Part shown: in pieces, positions 10,409 to 18,882 of the stretch
How positions within the stretch are numbered: position 1 is the first letter of the stretch
How the letters are laid out: each line of letters opens with the position of its first letter
NCBI GenBank assembly: GCA_963783305.1
Contig: CAWAMW010000002.1
Coordinates: forward strand, 224,001 to 288,000
Direction of reading: 5' to 3'
From: an uncultured Gemmatimonadales bacterium
Lineage (GTDB): Bacteria > Gemmatimonadota > Gemmatimonadetes > Longimicrobiales > RSA9
DNA length: 64,000 nt
The notes under the pieces: model-generated
What the model was told of the DNA's origin: nothing
Database searches by the model: none
Seen by the model: the letters and a program-made list of their open reading frames with translations, nothing else
Position numbers and translations under genes: made by a program

Positions 10409-10499
10409 AGTTCACGGTTCACGGTTCACGGTTCACGGTTCACAGTTCACAGTTCACAGTTCACAGTTCACAGTTCACAGTTCACAGTTCACAGTTTAC
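10409..10499. repeat. Heptamer tandem repeat (RGTTCAC)x12 plus one degenerate unit
   Basis: AGTTCAC x1, GGTTCAC x4, AGTTCAC x7, AGTTTAC x1, read directly. Confidence 0.95.
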
Positions 10500-11254
10500 A
10501 GCATCTTTGCCGTGCCGCCCGTCTCCAGGTACTCGGCGAAGTCGTCGGGGAGATCGCTCTGCCGAATCGCCGCCGTGGCCCGACCGAGGTCGTAGTCGAC
10601 CCGCACGATCTCCACGCTCACCTCCTCGCCGTCCAGCTCTACGACGAGGTAGCCGGCCCGCCAGTCGCCATCCTTCGGGCGACCCACCGACCCGGTATTG
10701 GCGAAGTGGATCCCCTCCACTGCCCGGTGCCACGGCCTGTGCGTATGGCCGAACGCCACCAGGTCGCCCGCGCGCGCGCCGAGCCGCTCCGCCATCTGCA
10801 GGCAGAACTCGTCGGAGCGGTCCTCGGTCCAGTACACCGTGTTCAGCACCGGATTGCCGTGCACCAGGATCAGCCGCGGGCCGGCGGTATGCCCCCCCAG
10901 CGGCCGAACATCGATCCGGAACGGGAGCCCGGCCAGCCACCGCTTCGTCTCGGCCGACACGTTCGCCCGGGTCCACGCGTAGCTCAGGTGACTGAGCTCC
11001 TCCTGCCGCGGGTCCTCATAGCGGCAGCCGCAGTGCTCGTAGTCCGTGGCCGTCGTCGAGTCGTAGTTCCCGGCCACGCCCGGGATCGCCCGCTCCCGCA
11101 GCGCCGCCACCACCTCGTCCGGCCACGGCGCGTACCCCACCAGGTCGCCCAGGTGGTACGTCGCCTCCACATCCGCCCGGCCGTCGATGTCCGCAAGAAC
11201 CGACTCCAGCGCCGGCAGATTGCCGTGGATGTCACTGATCAACGCATATCTCAT
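10496..11254 (-). CDS. Metallophosphoesterase family protein (ars-operon associated)
   Basis: ISDIHGN, LGDLVGY, GNYD, VHG, FGHTH, NTGSVG calcineurin-like motifs. Confidence 0.9.
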   Translation of the reverse strand: MRYALISDIHGNLPALESVLADIDGRADVEATYHLGDLVGYAPWPDEVVAALRERAIPGVAGNYDSTTATDYEHCGCRYEDPRQEELSHLSYAWTRANVSAETKRWLAGLPFRIDVRPLGGHTAGPRLILVHGNPVLNTVYWTEDRSDEFCLQMAERLGARAGDLVAFGHTHRPWHRAVEGIHFANTGSVGRPKDGDWRAGYLVVELDGEEVSVEIVRVDYDLGRATAAIRQSDLPDDFAEYLETGGTAKML

Positions 11255-11266
11255 CGCCCGCCCCTC

Positions 11267-11716
11267 TCAGATCTCCAGATCTCGCACCATCGCCACGGCG
11301 GACGCGGGACACGCGTCACGGAACTCGACGCTCGACCGCACCTCCGGCGAGGCCGACTCCCGCGGCACCGGCCGGAACCCGTGCCGCGGGAAGTAGTCCT
11401 CCGCCGTGGTCGTCAGCAGGTACAGCCGCCGAAGCCCCGCAGCTCGGGCGCTCTCCAGCACCCGCTCCGTCAAACGCCCGCCCAGACCCCGGCTCCGAAG
11501 ACCCGGATCCACCGCAACCGACCGGAGCACGCCGTCCCCACCGTGGGATTCCAACCCCGCCACTCCCACGAGCCGGCCGGCCTCCTCCGCCACGATGAAA
11601 CCGTCCAGAGACTCGGCGACACCGGCGGTGGGCAGGCCCTCCGCCTCCAGCAGGGTACCCACCGCCTTCAGGTCGCCGGGCTGCGCTTCCCGCAGCACGA
11701 TCGCGTCGGCGCTCAT
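11267..11716 (-). CDS. arsN2: Arsenic-resistance GNAT N-acetyltransferase ArsN2
   Basis: LRSVAV..RSRGLG (acetyl-CoA motif), LYLLTTTAEDYF, EFRDACPASAVAM; ars context. Confidence 0.85.
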   Translation of the reverse strand: MSADAIVLREAQPGDLKAVGTLLEAEGLPTAGVAESLDGFIVAEEAGRLVGVAGLESHGGDGVLRSVAVDPGLRSRGLGGRLTERVLESARAAGLRRLYLLTTTAEDYFPRHGFRPVPRESASPEVRSSVEFRDACPASAVAMVRDLEI

Positions 11717-11726
11717 CGTCCCCGCC

Positions 11727-12629
11727 TCAGCAGCAGTCGGGGCCACAGCACGCGCCCGCGGCCACGACATCGCTCGACTCAGGGGCCGCGCCCGCCACCC
11801 CGGGCTTCCGCGCCCGTACGAACGCCGAGAGGATCCGGCCTTCCACCGCGTCCGAAAAAGCGTCCACATCCAGTCCCGCCTCCTCCAGGAAGGAACGCGC
11901 ATCCTCCGGCTCGTAGATCCGCGTGGGCTCCAGGCTCGGGTCCTCGAATCCCGCCTCCAGCAGCAGCGCCTCGAACTCCCGCTCCTCCAACGCGCCCGCC
12001 ACACACCCCACCCACAGCTCCATACTCCGCCGAACCTCCGCCGGAACCTCGCCTCGCACCACCACGTCCGACACCGCGAATCTCCCGCCCGGCTTCAGCA
12101 CCCGGTACGCCTCCCGCAACACACGACCCTTGTCCGCCGACAGGTTGATCACGCAGTTGCTGATGATCACGTCCACACTCGAGTCCGGGAGCGGGATGCT
12201 CTCGATGTCACCCTTCAGGAACTCCACATTCTCCGCACCCGCCTCCGCCGCGTTCCGACGCGCCAGCTCCAGCATCTCGTCCGTCATGTCCAGCCCGTAC
12301 GCCTTCCCGGTCCGTCCAACCCGCTTCGCGCTCAGCAGGACGTCGATGCCGCCACCGCTCCCCAGGTCCAGCACCACCTCCCCCTCGCTCAGCTCCGCCA
12401 GCGCCGTCGGGTTCCCGCACCCGAGCGATGCCAGCACCGCCTGCTCCGGTAGCGATGACGCCGTCACCGAATCGTACAGGTCCCGCGTGATCGGGTCCGC
12501 AAAGCGCCCCTCCGCCTTCTCATCACACCCGCACGACGTTCCGCAGCACGTCCCCTTCTCGCCCGTCACCACCCGCAACGCCGCCTCCCCGTACTTCTGC
12601 CGCACCACCGCCTTCAGGTCCTCGCTCAT
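11727..12629 (-). CDS. arsM: Arsenite S-adenosylmethionine methyltransferase
   Basis: [34 protein letters not shown]; Cys pairs at both termini. Confidence 0.95.
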   Translation of the reverse strand: MSEDLKAVVRQKYGEAALRVVTGEKGTCCGTSCGCDEKAEGRFADPITRDLYDSVTASSLPEQAVLASLGCGNPTALAELSEGEVVLDLGSGGGIDVLLSAKRVGRTGKAYGLDMTDEMLELARRNAAEAGAENVEFLKGDIESIPLPDSSVDVIISNCVINLSADKGRVLREAYRVLKPGGRFAVSDVVVRGEVPAEVRRSMELWVGCVAGALEEREFEALLLEAGFEDPSLEPTRIYEPEDARSFLEEAGLDVDAFSDAVEGRILSAFVRARKPGVAGAAPESSDVVAAGACCGPDCC

Positions 12630-12641
12630 AGCCCCCTCCGT

Positions 12642-12657
12642 ATCAATTCGGGTTGAT
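12642..12657. promoter_or_regulatory. Putative ArsR operator ATCAA-N6-TTGAT upstream of arsM
   Basis: ATCAAttcgggTTGAT perfect palindrome just upstream of the arsM ribosome-binding site. Confidence 0.7.
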
Positions 12658-12712
12658 GTATTCCGACAAAAAAACAGACGCTCACCGTACCCTCACTCCC
12701 CCTCGCCGCAGC

Positions 12713-13045
12713 TCAGCCGCAGCACGATCCCCGGCTGCTCTCGACGGACCGCCACTCCTCCCGCGGCTTCACCTCCCCCAGGAACGACCGCATCTCGTCC
12801 AGCGCCTCCGGTACCAGCGAGTAATAGACCCAGCGGCCGTCGCGCCGATCCGAGACGACCCCGGCATCCTTCAGCTTCTTCAGATGGAACGACAGTCGCG
12901 ACTGCGCCGCATCCAGCTCGTCCTGCAGCTCGCACACGCACCGCTCGCCTGCGGAGAGCAGCTGTACGAGCCGGAACCGGGTGTCCTCGGCCACCGCCTG
13001 GAAGCGCTGGAGCAGCGCCGCGTTGTGTGCGTTCTGGGTCATCAT
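12713..13045 (-). CDS. arsR: ArsR/SmtB family As(III)-responsive repressor
   Basis: ERCVCEL (CxC), [27 protein letters not shown]-terminal CC. Confidence 0.9.
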   Translation of the reverse strand: MMTQNAHNAALLQRFQAVAEDTRFRLVQLLSAGERCVCELQDELDAAQSRLSFHLKKLKDAGVVSDRRDGRWVYYSLVPEALDEMRSFLGEVKPREEWRSVESSRGSCCG

Positions 13046-13051
13046 GGCCGC

Positions 13052-13081
13052 ATGATACATCAACATTGGTGTATATGTCAA
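13052..13081 (-). promoter_or_regulatory. Sigma70-type promoter of ars operon with overlapping ArsR operator
   Basis: Minus strand TTGACA-18 nt-TATCAT; spacer holds inverted repeat ATACATCAA-ca-TTGGTGTAT (13055-13074). Confidence 0.75.
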
Positions 13082-13199
13082 GGGACCTCCGGTGCCGGAC
13101 CGGGGACCGCGGTGGACCGGGTCCTGCAAAGTAGGGGGCTGGAGCCGTCTGGAACGCCCGGCGGTCTGACGAGGAAATGGCCGCTGGAGCGAGTTGCGG

Positions 13200-13823
13200 A
13201 TGCGCGATCTGATTGTCGAGCTGGTGCGGAGCACGGGTGCGTTGGGCGTGGGCGTCCTGATGTTCCTGGAGAACGTGTTTCCCCCCATTCCCTCCGAGCT
13301 CATCATGCCCCTCGGCGGCTACCTCGCCGGGAAGGGGGACCTGCCCTTCTGGCCCGTGGTTCTGGCCGGCGCGGCGGGCTCGCTGCTGGGTGCCACGCTC
13401 TGGTACGCGGTGGGGCGGCGCCTGGGCAAGGAGCGGCTCAAGCGATGGGCGGGGCGCCACGGAGCCTGGGTGGCCATGACCCCGGACGAGATCGAACGGG
13501 CCAGCGCCTGGTTCGAGCGACACGGCGGTTGGAGCGTCTTCATCTGTCGCATGATCCCCTTCCTGCGGACGGTCATATCCGTCCCCGCGGGGATCGCCCG
13601 GATGGCGCTGGCACCCTTCCTCCTCTACACCGCCGCCGGTACGCTCATCTGGACCGCCGCACTGGCGTGGGCCGGCCGGGTCCTCGGCAGCCAGTTCTCC
13701 CAGGTGGGTAGCGTCCTGGGCTGGGTGACATGGGTCGTGATCGGGGTGGCGACGGCGTGGTACCTGTACCGGGTAGTCAAAGTCCACGGCGCGGTGAAGG
13801 AACGAGATGTCCGCACCCGGTAG
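13200..13823 (+). CDS. DedA family membrane protein
   Basis: ENVFPPIPSELIMPLGG, FERHG, RMIPFLRTVISVPAG. Confidence 0.9.
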   Translation: MRDLIVELVRSTGALGVGVLMFLENVFPPIPSELIMPLGGYLAGKGDLPFWPVVLAGAAGSLLGATLWYAVGRRLGKERLKRWAGRHGAWVAMTPDEIERASAWFERHGGWSVFICRMIPFLRTVISVPAGIARMALAPFLLYTAAGTLIWTAALAWAGRVLGSQFSQVGSVLGWVTWVVIGVATAWYLYRVVKVHGAVKERDVRTR

Positions 13824-13879
13824 TCTCCTCGCCCGGTGATCGCTCCTCACGCCTCGCGCCGGATCCTCACCAGGAGCCC

Positions 13880-14254
13880 ATGAGCAGCCAGACTCTCTAC
13901 ACCACGATCGGCGAGGACGGCTTTCAGCGCCTGGTCGCAGCGTTCTATCAGCGCGTTCCGGACGACGACATCCTCGGCCCCATGTACCCGGCCGAAGACA
14001 TGGCCGGCGCCGAGGAGCGCCTGCGCGACTTCCTGGTCGGGCGCTTCGGCGGGCCCCAGCGCTATATCGAGCGACGGGGCCACCCACGCCTGCGCATGCG
14101 CCACGCACCGTTCGCCATCGACCGCGCGGCCGCGGAGCGCTGGTTGACCCTGATGTTCGAGGCCCTGGACGAGACATCGCTGCCCGCCCCCGCCGACGCA
14201 CCCTTGCGGGAGTTCTTCATCGATGTCGCACGGATGCTGATCAACCGCGCCTGA
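13880..14254 (+). CDS. Group II truncated hemoglobin (GlbO-like)
   Basis: LVAAFYQRV..DDILGPMYP, FGGPQRY..RGHPRLRMRHAPF; SD AGGAG. Confidence 0.9.
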   Translation: MSSQTLYTTIGEDGFQRLVAAFYQRVPDDDILGPMYPAEDMAGAEERLRDFLVGRFGGPQRYIERRGHPRLRMRHAPFAIDRAAAERWLTLMFEALDETSLPAPADAPLREFFIDVARMLINRA

Positions 14255-14344
14255 CCGGCGGCCGGCCACTGCGGGGCGAGTCCCGCGCCGGTCCGGAACA
14301 TGCGTTTATAGCGGGCACACCGATCATTCCACAGGGAGACGGAC

Positions 14345-14548
14345 ATGGGTGACAAGGATCGCAAGGCGGAGCGGAAGGGCGCGGAGCACGAGGTGGAGGG
14401 CGCAAGCCGTGAGCGCGCCGGGAAGCTGGAGAAGGAAGCCGGTCGGATGACCGGGGACCGCTCGACGCAGGCGAAGGGCGCGGCGAAGGAAGCCGCCGGC
14501 AAGGTGCAGAAGAAGGCCGGCGAGGCGACGCGGAAGGCCGCCGACTGA
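14345..14548 (+). CDS. CsbD family stress protein
   Basis: GKLEKEAGRMTGDRSTQAKGAAKEAAGKVQKKAGEA; SD GGAG. Confidence 0.8.
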   Translation: MGDKDRKAERKGAEHEVEGASRERAGKLEKEAGRMTGDRSTQAKGAAKEAAGKVQKKAGEATRKAAD

Positions 14549-14573
14549 AGACCGAGGCGGCCCGACGATGAGC

Positions 14574-14611
14574 TGAAAGCCCCGGCCGCTGGAGAGCGGC
14601 CGGGGCTTTCA
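14574..14611. terminator. Bidirectional intrinsic terminator
   Basis: 17-bp perfect stem TGAAAGCCCCGGCCGCT-ggag-AGCGGCCGGGGCTTTCA between convergent genes. Confidence 0.85.
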
Positions 14612-14678
14612 CGTGGCGGATCCGCGCTCCCTCCCGCCGCTGAGCGCTGGCGCCGGCCGAGCGTCGACGGTGATGGCC

Positions 14679-15866
14679 CTATTTCGTCAGCGGGAGGAGG
14701 GCCGTAAAGGTGGATCCGTGTCCGGGCGTGCTCTGAACCTCGATGTCGCCGCCCATCTGCCGTATCAGCTCCCGGGAGATGGTGAGTCCGAGTCCGAGCC
14801 CCCCCTCATGGTCCTCCGCGACGCCTCGGTCGTACGGATCGAAGATATGGGCGAGCGCGGACGGCGGGATGCCGGGTCCTTTGTCGGTGATCGCGATGGC
14901 GGCGAACACCCCGTCGTCCCGCTGGATCGTCGAGATCTCGACCCTGATACCGCCGCCCTCGGGGGTGTACTTGATCGCGTTGCCGAGCAAGTTCACCAGG
15001 GCTTGTCGGAGCAGTTGCGGATCGGCTCGAACGATCACGCCGTCCACGGGTCCGCTCCTGAGCTCCTGCCCCTTCCTGGCGGCGAAGTGCTCCACGAGAT
15101 TCACGGCCTCTGAAAGCACCTCCCCCACCTCTACGTCCCGACTCGCGGTCCGGACGGAGCCCGCGTGGATGCGCGCCATCTCCAGCATGTTCTCGATGAC
15201 CGCAAGGAGGTGCTGGCCGCTCATCCGGATGCGCGCGATGCTGTCCCGCTGCCGTTCCGATATGGGGCCCAGAAGCCCCTCGAGAAGCAGGTCGGAGTAC
15301 GCCTGGATCGCGTTGAGAGGCGAGCGCAGCTCATGGCCGAGCGTGGCGCGGGCGCGGTCCTGGGCCTCGGCGGTCCGGTCGCGCTCCTCCCGCTCCCGGG
15401 CCGCGGCCTCCATCAGCCGTGCGTTCTCCAGCGCTACCGACGCCTGGTCGGCCAGCGCCGACAGGAGCCATTCGTCGTCCTCCGTGATGGGCTCACCGGT
15501 CGTTCGCACGGCCCCCAGCAGCCCCGTCACCTGCCCCTGCGTGACCAGGGGCACGCTGAGGAAGCACTCGTCCGAAGAATAGCCCAGGAGATCCTGAAGC
15601 CTGCGAACGAGCGTCTCGTCGAACGTCTCGCGGATCCTGGCGAACCGCTCTTCCTCGACTCCATACGCCGCCCGCACCACCAGGAGACCGTCCGCATCCG
15701 CGAGCATGAGGACCGCCCGATCCGCGTCCACCAGCTCCGTCGCCCGCTTCACGGCCAGGTCCAGCACTTCCTCGATCGAGATGGTGTGGGTCAGCGCCCG
15801 GCTCACCTCGGTAAGCGTGCGGAGGCGCTCCAGGCGCCGCTCGGCGTTCGTCAAAGCGCTACTCAT
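14679..15866 (-). CDS. GAF-domain sensor histidine kinase
   Basis: GAF ending ASVALENARL; HELRSPL, NLLGNAIKYT, DKGPGI, GLGLGL. Confidence 0.9.
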   Translation of the reverse strand: MSSALTNAERRLERLRTLTEVSRALTHTISIEEVLDLAVKRATELVDADRAVLMLADADGLLVVRAAYGVEEERFARIRETFDETLVRRLQDLLGYSSDECFLSVPLVTQGQVTGLLGAVRTTGEPITEDDEWLLSALADQASVALENARLMEAAAREREERDRTAEAQDRARATLGHELRSPLNAIQAYSDLLLEGLLGPISERQRDSIARIRMSGQHLLAVIENMLEMARIHAGSVRTASRDVEVGEVLSEAVNLVEHFAARKGQELRSGPVDGVIVRADPQLLRQALVNLLGNAIKYTPEGGGIRVEISTIQRDDGVFAAIAITDKGPGIPPSALAHIFDPYDRGVAEDHEGGLGLGLTISRELIRQMGGDIEVQSTPGHGSTFTALLPLTK

Positions 15867-17299
15867 ATGGCCGGCGAGATACGGACGCCGTCCGGGCCTA
15901 TCGCCATCTCCCGCACATTGAGGTCGTGGCCGCTCCCGCGGGCCTTGAGCACCCGGATCGTGCGGCGCATCCTCTCCTCCCCTCGCATCTCCAGCAGGAG
16001 CAGGTTGTCGGCCATGTAGCTGATGGGCCCGGCGTTGATGTCTCCTCCGGTCAGACTCTGCCCTACCGTCTCGAAGGTGAAGATACTGGTGATTCCGTGC
16101 ACGGCTAAGTGCTGCGTCAGGGCGTAGATGTAGTCGTGCAGCCGATGGGGATCGCTGGTGGAGGCGGCCAGGTCGCCTACGGCGTCGATCACCACGCGCC
16201 GGATCCCCTTCGACTCGATGCGTCGGAAGAGCTGTCTGACGATGCTGTCGATCCGCAGCTCCACAGGGGAGAAGTACATCACCTCCAGCGACGAGGCCGT
16301 TTCCCGGTCCGGCGCCAGGCGCCCGATCGAGCGCGCGAGCTGTGTGGGGTTCTCCTGGAAGTTGATGTACAGGCTGGGCTCGGCCTCCCGGAACCCCTCG
16401 AGGGCGAACTGCAGAGCCAGCGTCGTCTTTCCCGATCCGGACGGGCCGGCGACCAGTGTCGCGCTGCCCGAGATCAGACCCCCTTCGAGCATGGTGTCCA
16501 GCTCCGCCACGCCCGTGGAGACGCGGGCGCGCGCCGGCTCGTAGTCCACCGGGACGCGCGGCGTCACCAGGCGCGGGTGGACGTCGAGACCCTGGTCGGT
16601 GATCTCGAAGGCGTGGAACCCCTCCCGATAGCGGCTGCCCCGAAGCTTCAGGACGCGGAAGAACCGTTCATCGCGGGTCCCGAGCTGCTTCCTCGACAGC
16701 TCCACCACCCCATCCGCCACCGCGAATTCCGGCGAGCGCCGGATGTCCTCCTGGTCGTACTCGCCCACGAGGAAGGCCGTGGTATCATAGGCGGTCAGCA
16801 GGCCGGTGAGCTCATGCACCAGGCGCCGCATCTCCGGCACGGACTCCGACAGGTCGTGGAGCGCCTTGAAGGAATCAATGGCGATCAGGCCGGGCCTGAC
16901 GCTCCGGATCGCATCCCTCACCCGCTCCACCACGACCTGCACTCCGTCCCGCGCCAGGTCGGAGCCGATGTCCTCGTAAAGGACGGACGATCCCAGTTTG
17001 TCTTCGTCGTAGAAATCGAAGTGCTGAACGAACCGGATCACCTTCGTCACCGGCTCGGACAGCGTTGTCAGGTAGAGGACCGGCCGCTCCGGGCTCGCGT
17101 TCGCGAACAGGAGCTGCTCCACGAATATGGTCTTCCCCGTGCCGGGCATCCCCATCAGGATGTTGATGGTGTTGAGCGGAAACCCGCCGCCGAGGATCTT
17201 GTCCGTCATCCGGTCGCCGGTGCTGACGCGGGGACGGTCCCCGTCGCGCGCGGACGGATACCGCACCGCTCCTGCCTCGTCCATGTCCGTCGCGGTCAT
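15863..17299 (-). CDS. KaiC-like double-domain RecA-family ATPase
   Basis: Two Walker A motifs GMPGTGKT and GPSGSGKT; VLKLRG and VLKARG; ATGA overlaps on both sides. Confidence 0.9.
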   Translation of the reverse strand: MTATDMDEAGAVRYPSARDGDRPRVSTGDRMTDKILGGGFPLNTINILMGMPGTGKTIFVEQLLFANASPERPVLYLTTLSEPVTKVIRFVQHFDFYDEDKLGSSVLYEDIGSDLARDGVQVVVERVRDAIRSVRPGLIAIDSFKALHDLSESVPEMRRLVHELTGLLTAYDTTAFLVGEYDQEDIRRSPEFAVADGVVELSRKQLGTRDERFFRVLKLRGSRYREGFHAFEITDQGLDVHPRLVTPRVPVDYEPARARVSTGVAELDTMLEGGLISGSATLVAGPSGSGKTTLALQFALEGFREAEPSLYINFQENPTQLARSIGRLAPDRETASSLEVMYFSPVELRIDSIVRQLFRRIESKGIRRVVIDAVGDLAASTSDPHRLHDYIYALTQHLAVHGITSIFTFETVGQSLTGGDINAGPISYMADNLLLLEMRGEERMRRTIRVLKARGSGHDLNVREMAIGPDGVRISPAI

Positions 17300-17706
17300 T
17301 CCGACTCCTCGCTCGTGGACCGATGATCTCTGGACGCGATCAGCTCACGGACCGTTTCCACCAGAAGCTTCTCCGCCAGGGGCTTCCGCAGGAAACTGTC
17401 GGCGCCCGCGTCGCGCGCGCGCCCTTCCGCCAGCATGATGCTGAAGATGAGCACGGCGATATGGCTCGTGGCGGGGTCGCCCTTGATCCTCCGGCACAGG
17501 GCCAGGCCGTCCAGCTGCGGGACCAGGATCTCTGTGATGAGGATGTGGGGCTGGATCGATCGAGCCTGCTCGTGCGCCGCCAGGCCGTCTTCGGCGAATT
17601 CGACAGCGTATCCGGCTTCCTCCAGGAAATACTTCTCGAGCTCCCGGACGTGCGGATCGCGCTCTACGACGAGAATGAGAGCGTGATCGGAGCCCGTCGG
17701 AGTCAT
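17296..17706 (-). CDS. Single-domain response regulator (atypical receiver)
   Basis: ILVVERD, ILITEILVPQLDG, AGADSFLRKP; Glu at the usual phospho-Asp position. Confidence 0.8.
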   Translation of the reverse strand: MTPTGSDHALILVVERDPHVRELEKYFLEEAGYAVEFAEDGLAAHEQARSIQPHILITEILVPQLDGLALCRRIKGDPATSHIAVLIFSIMLAEGRARDAGADSFLRKPLAEKLLVETVRELIASRDHRSTSEESE

Positions 17707-17863
17707 GGCGTCTCGATCGTACGGGGAATCGAGTCTTCACTGTACAACAGAGTACATTCCGCGCAGTTGCGAAAGAAGCAGCCCCGATCATGTTGCGTGC
17801 GGCACGCGGCTCAATATGTGCGCCCATCCCGAACGCCTGTGGGAGACGAACCTGGAGGAGCGC

Positions 17864-18406
17864 ATGGACTGGACCTGGATCACCACGAGCTGGAGCGCGG
17901 CGGCCATGACGGTACTGACCGCACTCGGGATCTACATCGCGGTCATCATCTATACGCGCCTCGCCGGTCTCCGGAGCTTCTCGAAGATGAGCTCCTTCGA
18001 CTTCGCCATGACGGTCGCGGTGGGCTCCGTCATTGCTTCGACCGTGCTCACCCGCGATCCGCCACTCCTCCAGGCGGTGGCGGCACTGGGCGCCCTCTAC
18101 CTCCTCCAGATCGCGGTTGCCCGGTTGCGCGTCGCCTTCGGCCTGGTGGGCCGTGCGGTGGACAACGACCCTGTGCTCCTCATGCGGGACGGGGAGATAC
18201 TGCGGGAGTCCATGGACACGGCCGGTGTCACGGACGGGGACCTCCGGGCCAAGCTGCGGGAGGCGAACGTCCTGCGGCTGTCCCACGTCCGTGCCGTCGT
18301 CATGGAGACGACCGGAGACATCTCCGTCCTGCACGCACCCGCGGACGCTGGCGATCTGGACGAGGAGATCCTGCGGGAGGTCCGGGATCCGCGGCGGGAC
18401 TCCTAG
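17864..18406 (+). CDS. DUF421 (YetF) membrane protein
   Basis: GLRSFSKMSSFDF, PVLLMRDGEIL, AVVMETTGDISV; SD GGAGGAG. Confidence 0.85.
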   Translation: MDWTWITTSWSAAAMTVLTALGIYIAVIIYTRLAGLRSFSKMSSFDFAMTVAVGSVIASTVLTRDPPLLQAVAALGALYLLQIAVARLRVAFGLVGRAVDNDPVLLMRDGEILRESMDTAGVTDGDLRAKLREANVLRLSHVRAVVMETTGDISVLHAPADAGDLDEEILREVRDPRRDS

Positions 18407-18489
18407 ACCTCTGCACTCCCCACAGGTTCCGCGCGGTCTGATTTCTGCGCGTTCGGTAACTGATCGGTCACCGAAACCCTGAGAGCACC

Positions 18490-18669
18490 ATGCCGTACGA
18501 CAAGATCTCCGACCTTCCCGAAGAACAGGTGGACCAGTATGACCACCACCAGAAGAAGGCGTTCCTGGAAGCCTTCAACAATGCCCATAAAGAATACGAG
18601 GATGAGAGCAAGGCCTTCGCGACCGCGCACAAGGCGGCCAAGCAGGCCGGCAAGTCCGAGGACGACTGA
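18490..18669 (+). CDS. chaB: ChaB family protein (59 aa, absent from ORF track)
   Basis: MPYDKISDLPEEQV..HQKKAFLEAFNNAHKEYEDESKAFATAHKAAK matches the ChaB pattern. Confidence 0.8.
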   Translation: MPYDKISDLPEEQVDQYDHHQKKAFLEAFNNAHKEYEDESKAFATAHKAAKQAGKSEDD

Positions 18670-18882
18670 ACAGCTGTTCCAGTGGGGGTCGATGCTGCAG
18701 CCCCGCGGCCCCGAGCCCTTCGACCCGGCTCCTCACAGCCATCGAGACCCAGCGTGCAGAATGAGTCCATTTCCGTCAGCTCGACGGCCCGACGCGATCT
18801 GGCCGCCGGTGCGGAGGTCTTGCGGGGGTGGTATCTTCAACGGGCCGGCGCACCGTGAAGGGCATCCTCTCACGCCGACCCC

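Noticed and set aside
11727..11729. Selenocysteine readthrough at TGA after the Cys-rich ArsM end
   Set aside because: The next gene starts 10 nt later and no SECIS-like hairpin or conserved extension is evident
15863..17299. Circadian clock KaiC
   Set aside because: No kaiA or kaiB, and the Ser-Thr phosphosite pair is replaced by Ser-Tyr
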